The notes beneath the pieces are model-generated. The model made no database searches. It was not told where the DNA came from and saw only the letters and a program-made list of their open reading frames with translations. Source: Escherichia phage vB_EcoP_PAS59. Taken from it: a DNA stretch of 64,000 nucleotides. This document shows, in pieces, positions 24,012-33,075 of this stretch. The DNA is taken from the sequence record OQ921332.1. One strand, given 5' to 3'. Both the position numbers and the translations under genes were made by a program. Position 1 is the stretch's first letter. Each line of letters opens with the position of its first letter.

Positions 24012-24443
24012 ATGTCTGATAAAGTACTAGTTGCAACTTACGGAAGCTTGAGAAAAGGTCAACACAACCACGCTATCAATGCTCGTGCAGGTGGTGTGTC
24101 TATTGGTGAAGGGTGGACAGTAAACAACTGTAACCTGTATCAGTATTGCACAGCATACTTCCCAAGTGTATCTTTGGAGCATGACAGCAATGGTAAGCCT
24201 GTTCGTGTAGAAGTCTTTGAAACAACCCAAGCTGGTCTGGAAGGTCCGTATGACGGTCTGGAAGGTCATCGTGGTAATGATAACCCATACACCTTTTATA
24301 AGCGTACACTGATTCCAGTATTATTGGACAGCGGTGAAACTGTGGAAGCGTGGATTTATCACATCGACGAAGAACAAGATGTTCTGGTTGAATCGGGTGA
24401 CTGGACAGCATATCTGGCAGGTGAGAAGGATGACAGTAACTGA
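24012..24443 (+). CDS. Gamma-glutamyl cyclotransferase (AIG2/GGACT-like)
   Basis: VATYGSLRKGQHNH...YFPSV...VEVFE...LDGLEGH...YKRTLIPV...AWIY pattern. Confidence 0.7.
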   Translation: MSDKVLVATYGSLRKGQHNHAINARAGGVSIGEGWTVNNCNLYQYCTAYFPSVSLEHDSNGKPVRVEVFETTQAGLEGPYDGLEGHRGNDNPYTFYKRTLIPVLLDSGETVEAWIYHIDEEQDVLVESGDWTAYLAGEKDDSN

Positions 24444-24636
24444 CAGGCAGAAGTTAAGAAAGCTTGAATCTGACTACTTAAAGATGCGGTGGAAGATTAA
24501 TCGCTATGAAAAGTTTGTCAGTATGCTCACACCTGATAAGCACTCTGAAGAGTTTATTCACAGAACAAAGCAAACCTTGCAGGGTTTTCGAAACTTGCAA
24601 GATGACGTGTGGGAAGAAATACGATCGTTTTATTAA
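24430..24636 (+). CDS. Hypothetical protein (68 aa)
   Basis: Internal ATG of ORF 24334..24636 after GAGAAGG. Confidence 0.5.
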   Translation: MTVTDRQKLRKLESDYLKMRWKINRYEKFVSMLTPDKHSEEFIHRTKQTLQGFRNLQDDVWEEIRSFY

Positions 24637-24671
24637 GAAGATTGCTCAAGGAATTCCAAGGAGGATAGAGC

Positions 24672-26462
24672 ATGTCAAAGATCATTTTGGGAGACACAGG
24701 CTGTAAAGAGTGCATCTCTCATGGTCGTGATAAGACCCATAATCACATGATTCTCTTCCGAAATGAAGAGTCCGGTGAGGAGTGGGGTTCATGTAACAGA
24801 TGTGGTGCGTATGAAATCTTCGAGAAAGGAACGACGCCCACTCCTAATGAAAAGAAAGAGCTGTCCCCTGAAGAACTTCGAGAAGTCTTAGACGATTGCT
24901 TAGAGCTTCCTCAGGGAGAGTTGACTCGTCGCTTAATCCCTAAAGCTGTGTCTGAACGCTATGGATGCCGTATTGGTTTAAGTCAAACAGACGGTCAAAC
25001 TCCTGACAGCTACTTCTTCCCTCGTGAACGTGATGGGAATATTGTTGGATATGAAGTAAAACTTCTAGACAGCAAGAAATTCTATTATGTAGGTAATGTG
25101 AAAGAAGCCGACTTATTTGGTATGGCTCAAGCACAACGTGGTGACGTATACAACAAGAAACTCTTCATCTTTGAAGATCCTCTCTCTTGTATGTCTGGGT
25201 TCCACGTACTTACCGCGTTTACAAACGCAACTAACATCAAACCTGCTTGCGTCTCTCTTCCGTTCGGTGCAGGTTCAATCTCTTCTGTCTTATCAAGAAA
25301 CCGTGATTTTATTAATGGTTTCGAGGAGATTGTACTCTGCATGGACAATGATGATGCAGGTGAGATTGCTTTAACTAAGGGTCGTTCTCTGTACCCGCAT
25401 GTTAAGTTTTCAAGGATTCCAAAAGGTACGTTCACTTATAACGGACAAGAAAAGGAAATCAAAGATGCAAACGACATGTTACTGGCAGGGAGAGGTCAAG
25501 AGCTTTTCAATAATCTTAAGTATTCAGCTAAGCGGGAATCTCCTGCTGGAGCTGTTACAGTTTTTGATTGCCTCGAAGATGCTCTGAAGAAAGCGGAATG
25601 GGGTATTCCTTATCCGTGGAAAACTCTTAACGACATGACCTTTGGTATTCGTTGGGGAGAGATGGTTGCAATCGGCGGTGGTGTTGGTTCAGGTAAAACC
25701 TTAATCGCACACGAACTGGTAGCATGGCTTTGCCTTGAGCATGGTTTTAATGGTGGTGGCTTCTTCTTGGAAGAGAAGGTAGGCATGTCTGTTAAGAACA
25801 TTGCTGGTAAGTCTGCATCTGTTCCATTTCACCGACCAGATGTTGAGTATGAAGAAAGCCAGCTACGAGATGAAGCACTTCGATACGCTGATAAGTTTTT
25901 CTTATACGACAACTTTGGACAGAATGAGTGGGAAGACATTAAGCAGTGTATTCGCTTTTGGGTAGTTGAGAATCAATGTAAGTTTATCATCCTTGATAAC
26001 ATCACTGCATTGGTATCTCACTTAACTCCATCCGAAGTGAATACAGAAATCAGTAAGATTGCTTCAGAGCTTGCTGGTATGTGTAAGGAATTAGACTTCA
26101 CTGCTTTTGTGTTATCTCACTTGAATGCTCCGGCGGGCGGTGCCCCTCACGAAGAAGGTGGTCAGGTTAAAGAAGTACAGTTTACTGGCTCACGTTCATT
26201 AATGCGCTGGTGTCAATGTATTATCGGTTTCGAACGTAATAAACAAGCGGATGGGTTAGGTAAAAACTTGTCAATCATACGTCTGCTCAAAGAGCGTAAC
26301 TATGGACAGACGGGGGTTTGCTATACCAAATATATTAACGAAACAGGTCGTCTTGTAGAACGAGAAGATCATGAAGTTGATGAAGATAATCCGTTTACAG
26401 TCACCAACGGAGAAGATGCAGCTTCCTTACTCTCACAAGAAGGGGAGGCGCGTCCGTGGTAA
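24672..26462 (+). CDS. Bifunctional DNA primase/helicase (T7 gp4-like)
   Basis: N-terminal Cys4 Zn finger, TOPRIM (FEDPLS...MDNDDAG), Walker [10 protein letters not shown], Walker B IILDNI. Confidence 0.9.
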   Translation: MSKIILGDTGCKECISHGRDKTHNHMILFRNEESGEEWGSCNRCGAYEIFEKGTTPTPNEKKELSPEELREVLDDCLELPQGELTRRLIPKAVSERYGCRIGLSQTDGQTPDSYFFPRERDGNIVGYEVKLLDSKKFYYVGNVKEADLFGMAQAQRGDVYNKKLFIFEDPLSCMSGFHVLTAFTNATNIKPACVSLPFGAGSISSVLSRNRDFINGFEEIVLCMDNDDAGEIALTKGRSLYPHVKFSRIPKGTFTYNGQEKEIKDANDMLLAGRGQELFNNLKYSAKRESPAGAVTVFDCLEDALKKAEWGIPYPWKTLNDMTFGIRWGEMVAIGGGVGSGKTLIAHELVAWLCLEHGFNGGGFFLEEKVGMSVKNIAGKSASVPFHRPDVEYEESQLRDEALRYADKFFLYDNFGQNEWEDIKQCIRFWVVENQCKFIILDNITALVSHLTPSEVNTEISKIASELAGMCKELDFTAFVLSHLNAPAGGAPHEEGGQVKEVQFTGSRSLMRWCQCIIGFERNKQADGLGKNLSIIRLLKERNYGQTGVCYTKYINETGRLVEREDHEVDEDNPFTVTNGEDAASLLSQEGEARPW

Positions 26463-27004
26463 AGAAACTGTATGCGTTTGATATTGAAGGTGATAACCTC
26501 TATGACGGTATTCAGAATGTCTGGTGTATATGGATATTTGATGTACTGTCTGGAGAACGGTGGGGGTATCGCCCTCACCAAATTGAAGAAGCACTACACA
26601 AACTGAAAGAAGCTGATGTAGTAATAGGTCACAATATTATTGATTTTGACCTTCCTGCTTTGTTTAAATTCTATTCTCATGTGATACCTTTTCGTTTTAA
26701 TGTCTTTGATACTCTGTGCCTGAGTCGATACCTCAAGCCTGACCGTATTGGTGACAGTCCAGAATACCCCAAAGGCGACCCTAGACATGGCCCTCGCGGT
26801 CATGGCCTCAAGCAATGGGGTGAATTTCTGGGAGAGCTGAAGGGTGATTATGGTGAACAGGAAGAAGCATGGGACGCATTCACTGAAGACATGTTCACAT
26901 ATTGTGAGCAAGACGTTAACTTGACAGTTAAGGTTTACATGTGTCTTTGCCAAATGGCAGGATTTGATTATAAGAATCCCCCATCTCTCAACTGGAAAAT
27001 GTAG
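26456..27004 (+). CDS. DNA polymerase 3'-5' exonuclease subunit (T7 gp5 N-terminal-domain-like, separate gene)
   Basis: GTG start after GGGGAGG; ExoI FDIEGDN, Exo[11 protein letters not shown], ExoIII YCEQDV. Confidence 0.85.
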   Translation: MVKKLYAFDIEGDNLYDGIQNVWCIWIFDVLSGERWGYRPHQIEEALHKLKEADVVIGHNIIDFDLPALFKFYSHVIPFRFNVFDTLCLSRYLKPDRIGDSPEYPKGDPRHGPRGHGLKQWGEFLGELKGDYGEQEEAWDAFTEDMFTYCEQDVNLTVKVYMCLCQMAGFDYKNPPSLNWKM

Positions 27005-27006
27005 AA

Positions 27007-28479
27007 ATGATTAAGATTCCATTATCTGAATTGAACCTTCAAGAAGGAGAAGCCCTCAGTGTAGGGCTTGACCTGATTCGTAATTTGATCAGAGATAACG
27101 TAGTCCCTGATGGCATCTATCCTGTTATTGCAGGTGGTGCTATCCGTGATACGTTCTTTCAAAATAGAACTCCGAATGATGTTGATATCTTCCTAGTTCA
27201 AGGAGGATTACGTTGGAACGCTCGTCAGGAAAATAGCCCTGCTAACGTAGGTAATGCTGCACTTTTCCTTGACAACTTCTTATCTTGGACAGAAAGTAAA
27301 GGGCTTCAGGTTACATCTCGACTAATTCAGCCTGTTAACGGGACAACCTATGCTGAAGCGCTTTTCACTTTCCAAGAGATTCTGGAAATCGAGATTGATC
27401 AAGTTAAAATCCAGATGATGATTAATCTACCTTTGGATATGGATACTTTAAGCCGTCGCTTCCCTATGATCTGTCAAGGGTTTATGACTCTTGGTAATCT
27501 GTATGTGTCAAACGAAGGTTTGTTTGCAATGTCATACACTCGTGACATTCCTGTGGTGTCCAGTCGTGAAATGAAGTATGTTCACAAGAAGTGGCCTGAA
27601 GCAACTGTTGCAGTTTATAGCAGTTCTACCGAATATATGCACCTTGCAATGGGAGCTTTCGGTGAGCCAGAAGTTCACCTGATTAGTGATTTAGTTGGAC
27701 CTATGGCTGGTGTAAATTTATATCAGAATCAGCGTCGTCATTATACCCTGAAGATGATGGAAACTACATTAAACATTCCTCAGGAAAGGGGTCGTAGTTA
27801 TCTGGACGAGGAAGTTAACCTACAGACAGAATGGTCTAGTGGATTAACCACTATAGGTGCTGAAGCAATTACACGACCTTGGACTCCGGGAACTAACAGA
27901 CGAGATCTTCAAGCTTTTAATGAAGAAACTTCTCGAACTGTTCGAGGAGGTGTTGTAGGGTATAACGTACAACCTCATGAAAGACCTCGTGATACTTTCA
28001 CTGGTAGTTTTGGTAGTGCACACTCTTCTGGAATGGATACTCGTACATGGCATGTCCAAGGAGGAACTGCTCGTCCTATTCCCTCTCCGTCAATGGATGA
28101 TTTGCAGCGTTCTCGTCGTTCATGGGAAACAGTAAGCTCTGTTGTTCAGGGTCTACGTGCTAGTGATATTGAACGTGTAGAAGTTGGTGATTTGCCAACC
28201 TCTACAGAAGATCGAGTATCAGCTATAGCGGCTCGTGAAGCTGCTCATATTGGTTTTGCATCATTAGCTAATGACGCTAACGAAGCTCCTCGACCTGTTG
28301 GTCGTCGTAATGGTCTAGCTCACTCTGACACTGCACTTGGTGCAGAACTACGAGCAGCAGCTCGTGAGCTATCTGGTGAGCTTCACAACAACCTGGCAGG
28401 TGTTACACTATCTCGTGAAACAGCTCGTAATATGATTAATAATTTGGCATCATCTGTACAAGGAAACAGAAACTCATGA
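27007..28479 (+). CDS. Pol-beta-superfamily nucleotidyltransferase (CCA-adding / poly(A) polymerase-like head) with a long low-complexity C-terminus
   Basis: AGGAIRDTFFQNRTPNDVDIF matches GG.(V/I)RD-x9-D.D of class II tRNA nucleotidyltransferases. Confidence 0.5.
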   Translation: MIKIPLSELNLQEGEALSVGLDLIRNLIRDNVVPDGIYPVIAGGAIRDTFFQNRTPNDVDIFLVQGGLRWNARQENSPANVGNAALFLDNFLSWTESKGLQVTSRLIQPVNGTTYAEALFTFQEILEIEIDQVKIQMMINLPLDMDTLSRRFPMICQGFMTLGNLYVSNEGLFAMSYTRDIPVVSSREMKYVHKKWPEATVAVYSSSTEYMHLAMGAFGEPEVHLISDLVGPMAGVNLYQNQRRHYTLKMMETTLNIPQERGRSYLDEEVNLQTEWSSGLTTIGAEAITRPWTPGTNRRDLQAFNEETSRTVRGGVVGYNVQPHERPRDTFTGSFGSAHSSGMDTRTWHVQGGTARPIPSPSMDDLQRSRRSWETVSSVVQGLRASDIERVEVGDLPTSTEDRVSAIAAREAAHIGFASLANDANEAPRPVGRRNGLAHSDTALGAELRAAARELSGELHNNLAGVTLSRETARNMINNLASSVQGNRNS

Positions 28480-29009
28480 GTCTTTTAGGTTCTCAAGAAT
28501 TACACAGCGTTATTGATAATGGCTTTTTAGATGCGGAGCATAAATATGTTAACGCTGCTAGTGTGGATATCCGTATTGGTGATACTATCCTTGTTGAAGA
28601 GCAGGCTGATGGTATTGTTGACATTGATGCTAAAGAAAACCTCAAGTGGAAAGAAGTAAAAATCCCTGAAGATGGTATCGTTATCACTCCGGGACAGTTC
28701 TTCTTAGCTCACTCAATGGAAGAGTTTAACCTTCCAGACAATATTTCAAGTCTGTTTGTACTCCGCTCCTCAATGGCTCGTTGTGGTTTAAACCATCTCC
28801 ATGCTGGTTGGGCTGATGCAGGGTTTAATAACAGTAAGCTGACCTTTGAGTTCCATAACGTTACTCACAATCACAGCTTACGAGTTCGTGCTGGGATGCG
28901 TGTCGGTCAAATGGTTATGTTTGAACACTCTCACGCTGGTGATGATTCCTATGCAGTGAAGGGTCGTTATAACAACTCCGATGGGGTTGTTGCTTCTAAA
29001 GGTGTATAA
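28476..29009 (+). CDS. dcd: dCTP deaminase
   Basis: ASVDIRIG...LRSSMARCGL...AGWADAGF...LEF.N motifs. Confidence 0.8.
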   Translation: MSLLGSQELHSVIDNGFLDAEHKYVNAASVDIRIGDTILVEEQADGIVDIDAKENLKWKEVKIPEDGIVITPGQFFLAHSMEEFNLPDNISSLFVLRSSMARCGLNHLHAGWADAGFNNSKLTFEFHNVTHNHSLRVRAGMRVGQMVMFEHSHAGDDSYAVKGRYNNSDGVVASKGV

Positions 29010-29012
29010 CTG

Positions 29013-29225
29013 ATGGAGTTTGGAACAATGAAAAGACGTTGGGTTGTTCGTGTTCACTGGAGCAGTGGTACAGAATCAATGGGTATCAGAAACACTCGTC
29101 AAGAAGCTCGCGCTCATAAGAAGTTCCTATTAAGCTGCGAAAGTACTATTGACAAGATCACTATCCACAAAGCTCAGGACTTTAAATCAGGTCGTTTCTA
29201 TATCAGCGGAAAGGTACATTACTAA
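29013..29225 (+). CDS. Small protein, tandem paralog 1 (W.VRV.W...TRQEAR..KK...KVHY)
   Basis: Similar to 29225..29431; alternative start at 29028. Confidence 0.6.
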   Translation: MEFGTMKRRWVVRVHWSSGTESMGIRNTRQEARAHKKFLLSCESTIDKITIHKAQDFKSGRFYISGKVHY

Positions 29226-29431
29226 TGGCTAAATTATGGGCAGTTCGTGTTAAATGGGCTAACAAAGATCTCGGTGGTGACTGTCTTAAATTATTCGACA
29301 CACGACAAGAAGCTCGTCTTGCTAAGAAAGCTACAAAAGCTTTAGGACTCGCTGAAAAAGTGGATATTCATCGCTGGTTTCAAAATGATAATAACAGTGC
29401 TGGGTCCTTGACTAGCAAGGTCCACTACTAG
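29225..29431 (+). CDS. Small protein, tandem paralog 2
   Basis: MAKLWAVRVKWAN...TRQEARLAKKA...KVHY. Confidence 0.6.
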   Translation: MAKLWAVRVKWANKDLGGDCLKLFDTRQEARLAKKATKALGLAEKVDIHRWFQNDNNSAGSLTSKVHY

Positions 29432-29455
29432 TTGGTAGTAGATATGATAACTCTC

Positions 29456-29464
29456 AAATGTATA
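29456..29464 (+). promoter_or_regulatory. AAATGTATA, one mismatch from the TAATGTATA 9-mer
   Basis: Intergenic, 38 nt upstream of the ATG at 29502. Confidence 0.35.
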
Positions 29465-29501
29465 TACAGTATAAGAATATTGTATGAAACAGGAGAGAGT
29501 T

Positions 29502-29831
29502 ATGTTAGATTTGAGTAAAGTGGCCCCGCCATCTGAAGAGATTAGCAAAGCTAAAGTTATGCAGCAGTTCTATCATCGTGACATGCTTGGTCGTTATATC
29601 AAGAATCGTGATGTTGTTGCATGGTCTATTGGAAACCAAGGCTATCTTCTCAAAGTGTTGCAAGTTACTGGCTCAACAGCCAAGCGAGTCAAAGTCTATG
29701 ACCCTGAGATGGGGCGTTCTAAATCGGTAGACCCACAGAATTGCATTGTTATTACACAGCAGGTCATGGATAACATTGCTCGTAATGTAGCTAATTCAAC
29801 TAACTTAGAAGGGGATGCACCTAATGCATAA
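29502..29831 (+). CDS. Hypothetical protein
   Basis: Internal ATG of ORF 29484..29831 after CAGGAGAGAG. Confidence 0.6.
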   Translation: MLDLSKVAPPSEEISKAKVMQQFYHRDMLGRYIKNRDVVAWSIGNQGYLLKVLQVTGSTAKRVKVYDPEMGRSKSVDPQNCIVITQQVMDNIARNVANSTNLEGDAPNA

Positions 29832-30390
29832 TAATGTCTTCGACTTACCAGAACTAACAAGAGTGGGTTCTAGTAATCCATTCTCTACTACTGATTCTTC
29901 TATCTCTCGTCTTGAGGGAATGAATAAACTGATTAGCAGTAACAGCCTAGAGCACATTCTTTGTGGTGTGCAGGCTAACCTTGAACTTCTACACATCAAA
30001 GCAAAGAACTACCACTGGAACGTCTCTGGAGCTGGTTTCCAAGGTGTTCATGGGATGTTCGATGAGTTAGAAGATTATGCTCGTGAGGCAGGCGACCGAA
30101 TAGCAGAGCGTATGCGCTTCCATTGTGTTAAGGTGGATGCCACTGCTAGTAACTATTTAGGTCACGCTTGGTTCCGAGAAGGTAACGCTGATCTCGACAT
30201 GGACGGTATGCTTTCCGACATGTGCATGACTCTTATGTGTATCATTGAGAAGATGGACGAGTTTGATTCAGACTTGTGCACCTATCCAGTTGATCAGAGT
30301 ATGCTTCAAGAAATTAATGAAGGTCTTGGCAAGTTCTGTTACTTTGTCAAGAGCAACATGTCCCACTCTGGTGGTGATGTGTCTTACTAA
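29815..30390 (+). CDS. Dps-like ferritin-fold protein
   Basis: KNYHWNVSGAGFQGVHGMFDELEDYAREAGDRIAERMR matches the Dps signature (H.W.v.G..F..vH..f.e......D.iAER). Confidence 0.7.
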   Translation: MHLMHNNVFDLPELTRVGSSNPFSTTDSSISRLEGMNKLISSNSLEHILCGVQANLELLHIKAKNYHWNVSGAGFQGVHGMFDELEDYAREAGDRIAERMRFHCVKVDATASNYLGHAWFREGNADLDMDGMLSDMCMTLMCIIEKMDEFDSDLCTYPVDQSMLQEINEGLGKFCYFVKSNMSHSGGDVSY

Positions 30391-30453
30391 TCAAACCTCC
30401 GCCCTGTCTCGTTTGTTCAAGAGGTGGGGCGAACTTTTTATAAGGATGTGAAT

Positions 30454-30633
30454 ATGTTTTCAGCAATCGTATGGTCTGTGTGGGCAATTCTTGTTGGCGG
30501 TATCGTTTATCTGGCTCAGAAGCAGATGCTTAAAGAGAATCCGAATGATGCCAAACCTATTAAACATGGTAGCATTGCTCTGGTAGTTTTCTCTGTTGTC
30601 ATTCCTTTCCTTCTCCACCTGTTGACTGCATAA
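30454..30633 (+). CDS. Two-TM small membrane protein, tandem paralog 1
   Basis: MFSAIVWSVWAILVGGIVYLAQKQMLKENP... Confidence 0.6.
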   Translation: MFSAIVWSVWAILVGGIVYLAQKQMLKENPNDAKPIKHGSIALVVFSVVIPFLLHLLTA

Positions 30634-30642
30634 GGGTTTGAT

Positions 30643-30828
30643 ATGATTTCACTGATTGTGTGGGCCGTGTGGTCGTTAATAGTTGGTACTGTTATATATA
30701 AAGCTCGAAATTTAGCAATTAAAGAAAACCCAGCAGAAGAGGATGTTAAAGCTATCAAGCTAGGTAGTGTTGTTCTGGTACATTTTGCTATAACACTACC
30801 TCTTGTTATTATTCTTTGTATGCTATAA
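30643..30828 (+). CDS. Two-TM small membrane protein, tandem paralog 2
   Basis: MISLIVWAVWSLIVGTVIYKARNLAIKENP... Confidence 0.6.
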   Translation: MISLIVWAVWSLIVGTVIYKARNLAIKENPAEEDVKAIKLGSVVLVHFAITLPLVIILCML

Positions 30829-30840
30829 GGAACCCAAAGA

Positions 30841-31017
30841 GTGAAACTAAACCTACCTGAAGAATTACAAGCACATGCCATTATCGTTAGTGGCTGTGTG
30901 ATGGGTCTTGGTCAGACAAAGAAGATTGCTCATGACTTAGCAAAAGGTCAGTATAAATCTTTTATTGTTGTTCCTGCTACCCAGCGTCATATCAATCTGT
31001 TTATTAACAAGGAATAG
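30841..31017 (+). CDS. Small protein (58 aa)
   Basis: GTG start 9 nt after AAGGA; fills the gap before the thioredoxin gene. Confidence 0.4.
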   Translation: MKLNLPEELQAHAIIVSGCVMGLGQTKKIAHDLAKGQYKSFIVVPATQRHINLFINKE

Positions 31018-31018
31018 A

Positions 31019-31294
31019 ATGAGTAAAGTAATTAAGTTTTATAGTGATCAGTGTGCTCCATGTAAAGCAATGGCTCCTACCTTTGAGAAGGTTGTTAAGG
31101 AGTTTGATGTAGAAGTGGAAGAGATTAACATCCTTGAAGGTGATGGTCGTGAACAAGCTGTTAAGTATGGTGTACGAAGTATCCCTGCTTTCGTTGTGCC
31201 TGACCGTAACAGTGGTGCACACTACAGCCTCTCCGGTATGCAGACTGAAGCAAACCTGAAAGCATTTTTGGATACAGCTCTAGGCAATAAATAA
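31019..31294 (+). CDS. Thioredoxin
   Basis: Internal ATG of ORF 30965..31294; FYSDQCAPCKAMAP (CxxC) ...IPAF. Confidence 0.8.
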   Translation: MSKVIKFYSDQCAPCKAMAPTFEKVVKEFDVEVEEINILEGDGREQAVKYGVRSIPAFVVPDRNSGAHYSLSGMQTEANLKAFLDTALGNK

Positions 31295-31309
31295 TAAGGG
31301 TATTCACGG

Positions 31310-31801
31310 ATGAATAATATTGACCCGTCAATAAAAGAAGCTCTTGATTACGACCCTTTGACTGGAGATTTCCGATGGGTTAAAACTTATGGAAAAGGAC
31401 ACAAAGGGTCTATAGCTGGTTCTGTAAATACCAATGGGTATTTGAGAATCGTTTATAAAGGTGCTAGATACTACGCTCATCGACTTGCTTACTGGTGGGA
31501 CACTGGATTGCTTCCTGAAGAAGTAGATCACATAGACCGCAACAGGATAAACAACAAAAGAGAGAATCTTAGGGGGACTACTAGATCAGGAAATGGCCTA
31601 AACAAAGTAGCTCAGAGTAATAATTTATCAACCGGAGTGATTGGAGTGACTGTCCATAGAAGGAAAAGTGGCTCTATTGCTTACCGGGCGGTATTTAAAT
31701 CTAAGCACATAGGACTCTTCTCAACCATAGAAGAAGCCTCTAGGGAATATAATAAAGTCAAGGAGACTTACATAAATGACAATCAAAGCTTCATTAATTG
31801 A
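31310..31801 (+). mobile_element. Free-standing HNH (HNH_3) + AP2-domain homing endonuclease gene
   Basis: YAHRLAYWW...VDHIDRNRINNKRENLR; C-terminal GVIGVT...YRAVF..KHIGLF.TIEEA; overlaps the thyX start by 26 nt. Confidence 0.8.
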
Positions 31802-32423
31802 TAACTTCGGTTCAGATCTTACAGTAGTCAATGCTGCTCGTGTAACTATGGGGGTAGAAAGGGAAGAATTAAAAGAAAGTGACACTCGTCTAATAAATTT
31901 TCTAGCTCGGGAACGGCACGTAAGTCCTTTTCGTCACCCACAAGCGAGCTTCAGATGCGAAGCTCCTATAGCAATTGCACGACAGTTACAGAAGCATCAA
32001 GTTGGTTTTTCTTGGAACGAGATGAGTCGTAGATATAAAGATGGAGCAGTGGATATTTTCATACCTAAAGAAATCTTCTCCCGTCCAGATGATCTACATT
32101 CTGGTTCTGGAATACTTCTTGAAGGGGAGGAAGAGGCAAAAGCTTTAGCTTTGTTTAACTCTGCGTACGAGGCATCTCTTGCTAGTTATGACGAATTGAT
32201 TAAGTTCGTAGCTCCTGAACAAGCTAGATTTGTTTTACCTCAAGGTATGGTAACTACTTGGTACTGGACTGGTAGCTTGTATGGCTGGTTTGAATTGTGT
32301 CGTCAACGACTATCATCCCATGCTCAATATGAAGTTCGACTATTTGCTCAGTCATTAGATGAAGAGATGGCTAAACTCTATCCAATCTCATGGGCAGCTT
32401 TGAAGAAAACTTTGGAGAGTTAA
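31776..32423 (+). CDS. thyX: FAD-dependent thymidylate synthase ThyX
   Basis: ERHVSPFRHP...IARQLQKHQVGFSWNEMSRRY (ThyX RHR...S motif region). Confidence 0.85.
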   Translation: MTIKASLIDNFGSDLTVVNAARVTMGVEREELKESDTRLINFLARERHVSPFRHPQASFRCEAPIAIARQLQKHQVGFSWNEMSRRYKDGAVDIFIPKEIFSRPDDLHSGSGILLEGEEEAKALALFNSAYEASLASYDELIKFVAPEQARFVLPQGMVTTWYWTGSLYGWFELCRQRLSSHAQYEVRLFAQSLDEEMAKLYPISWAALKKTLES

Positions 32424-32568
32424 TTTTGGAAGAAAACGATGATGATGTTTTCTGTACACGGTGCGGTATGACAGTTGATGATGCTTACGACCCTACAGTA
32501 GAGATTTGTCCTTGCTGCGGAGTTTGTGAGTATTGTTGTAGTCACAATTCAGATGAATAGGTAAAACT

Positions 32569-32754
32569 GTGGACTTATACAAAACATGTAGCTTCTGTCA
32601 AAAGCAGAAGCTTCTTATCAACTTCAAGCTGAACGAGGAAACAGGTTTGGGTCATGCTTTTTGTCATGATTGCAGACACTACCTTGAACAGAAACAATAT
32701 ATAAACTGGTTGCATTATTTCAACCCCAGCATCTACGAGCACAAGGTTATCTAA
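32569..32754 (+). CDS. Small Zn-finger-like protein
   Basis: GTG start; CSFC...CHDC. Confidence 0.45.
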   Translation: MDLYKTCSFCQKQKLLINFKLNEETGLGHAFCHDCRHYLEQKQYINWLHYFNPSIYEHKVI

Positions 32755-33075
32755 ATGATCAACGATAGTACATTTAGGACTGGTAACGGAAATGAAATCA
32801 GTCCTGCTGAAGTGATTAAACGACACAGAACACAGATGCTTATCCACTCCTATTTGTATTATTGGTTGGATGACCCAATCTGGTCTGACGATAAGTGGCA
32901 ACAAGTGGCTGATGACTTAACCACCTTGCAAGAGATGTATCCTGAGCCTATTGGATTCTTCGATTCAGAGTTCAATGGATGGAATGGCTCCACTGGTATG
33001 CATCTTCCTCATGACGAGCGTATAGCTTGTATGGCTACTGAAGTATACCGTTTACATAAGGACAAATCAATCTGA
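32755..33075 (+). CDS. Hypothetical protein; N-terminal half resembles NAD-dependent ligase domain Ia
   Basis: HSYLYYWLDDPIWSDDKWQQVADDLTTLQEMYPE versus the LigA pattern YY..d.P.isD.eyD.l...L..le..yPe (by eye only). Confidence 0.55.
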   Translation: MINDSTFRTGNGNEISPAEVIKRHRTQMLIHSYLYYWLDDPIWSDDKWQQVADDLTTLQEMYPEPIGFFDSEFNGWNGSTGMHLPHDERIACMATEVYRLHKDKSI

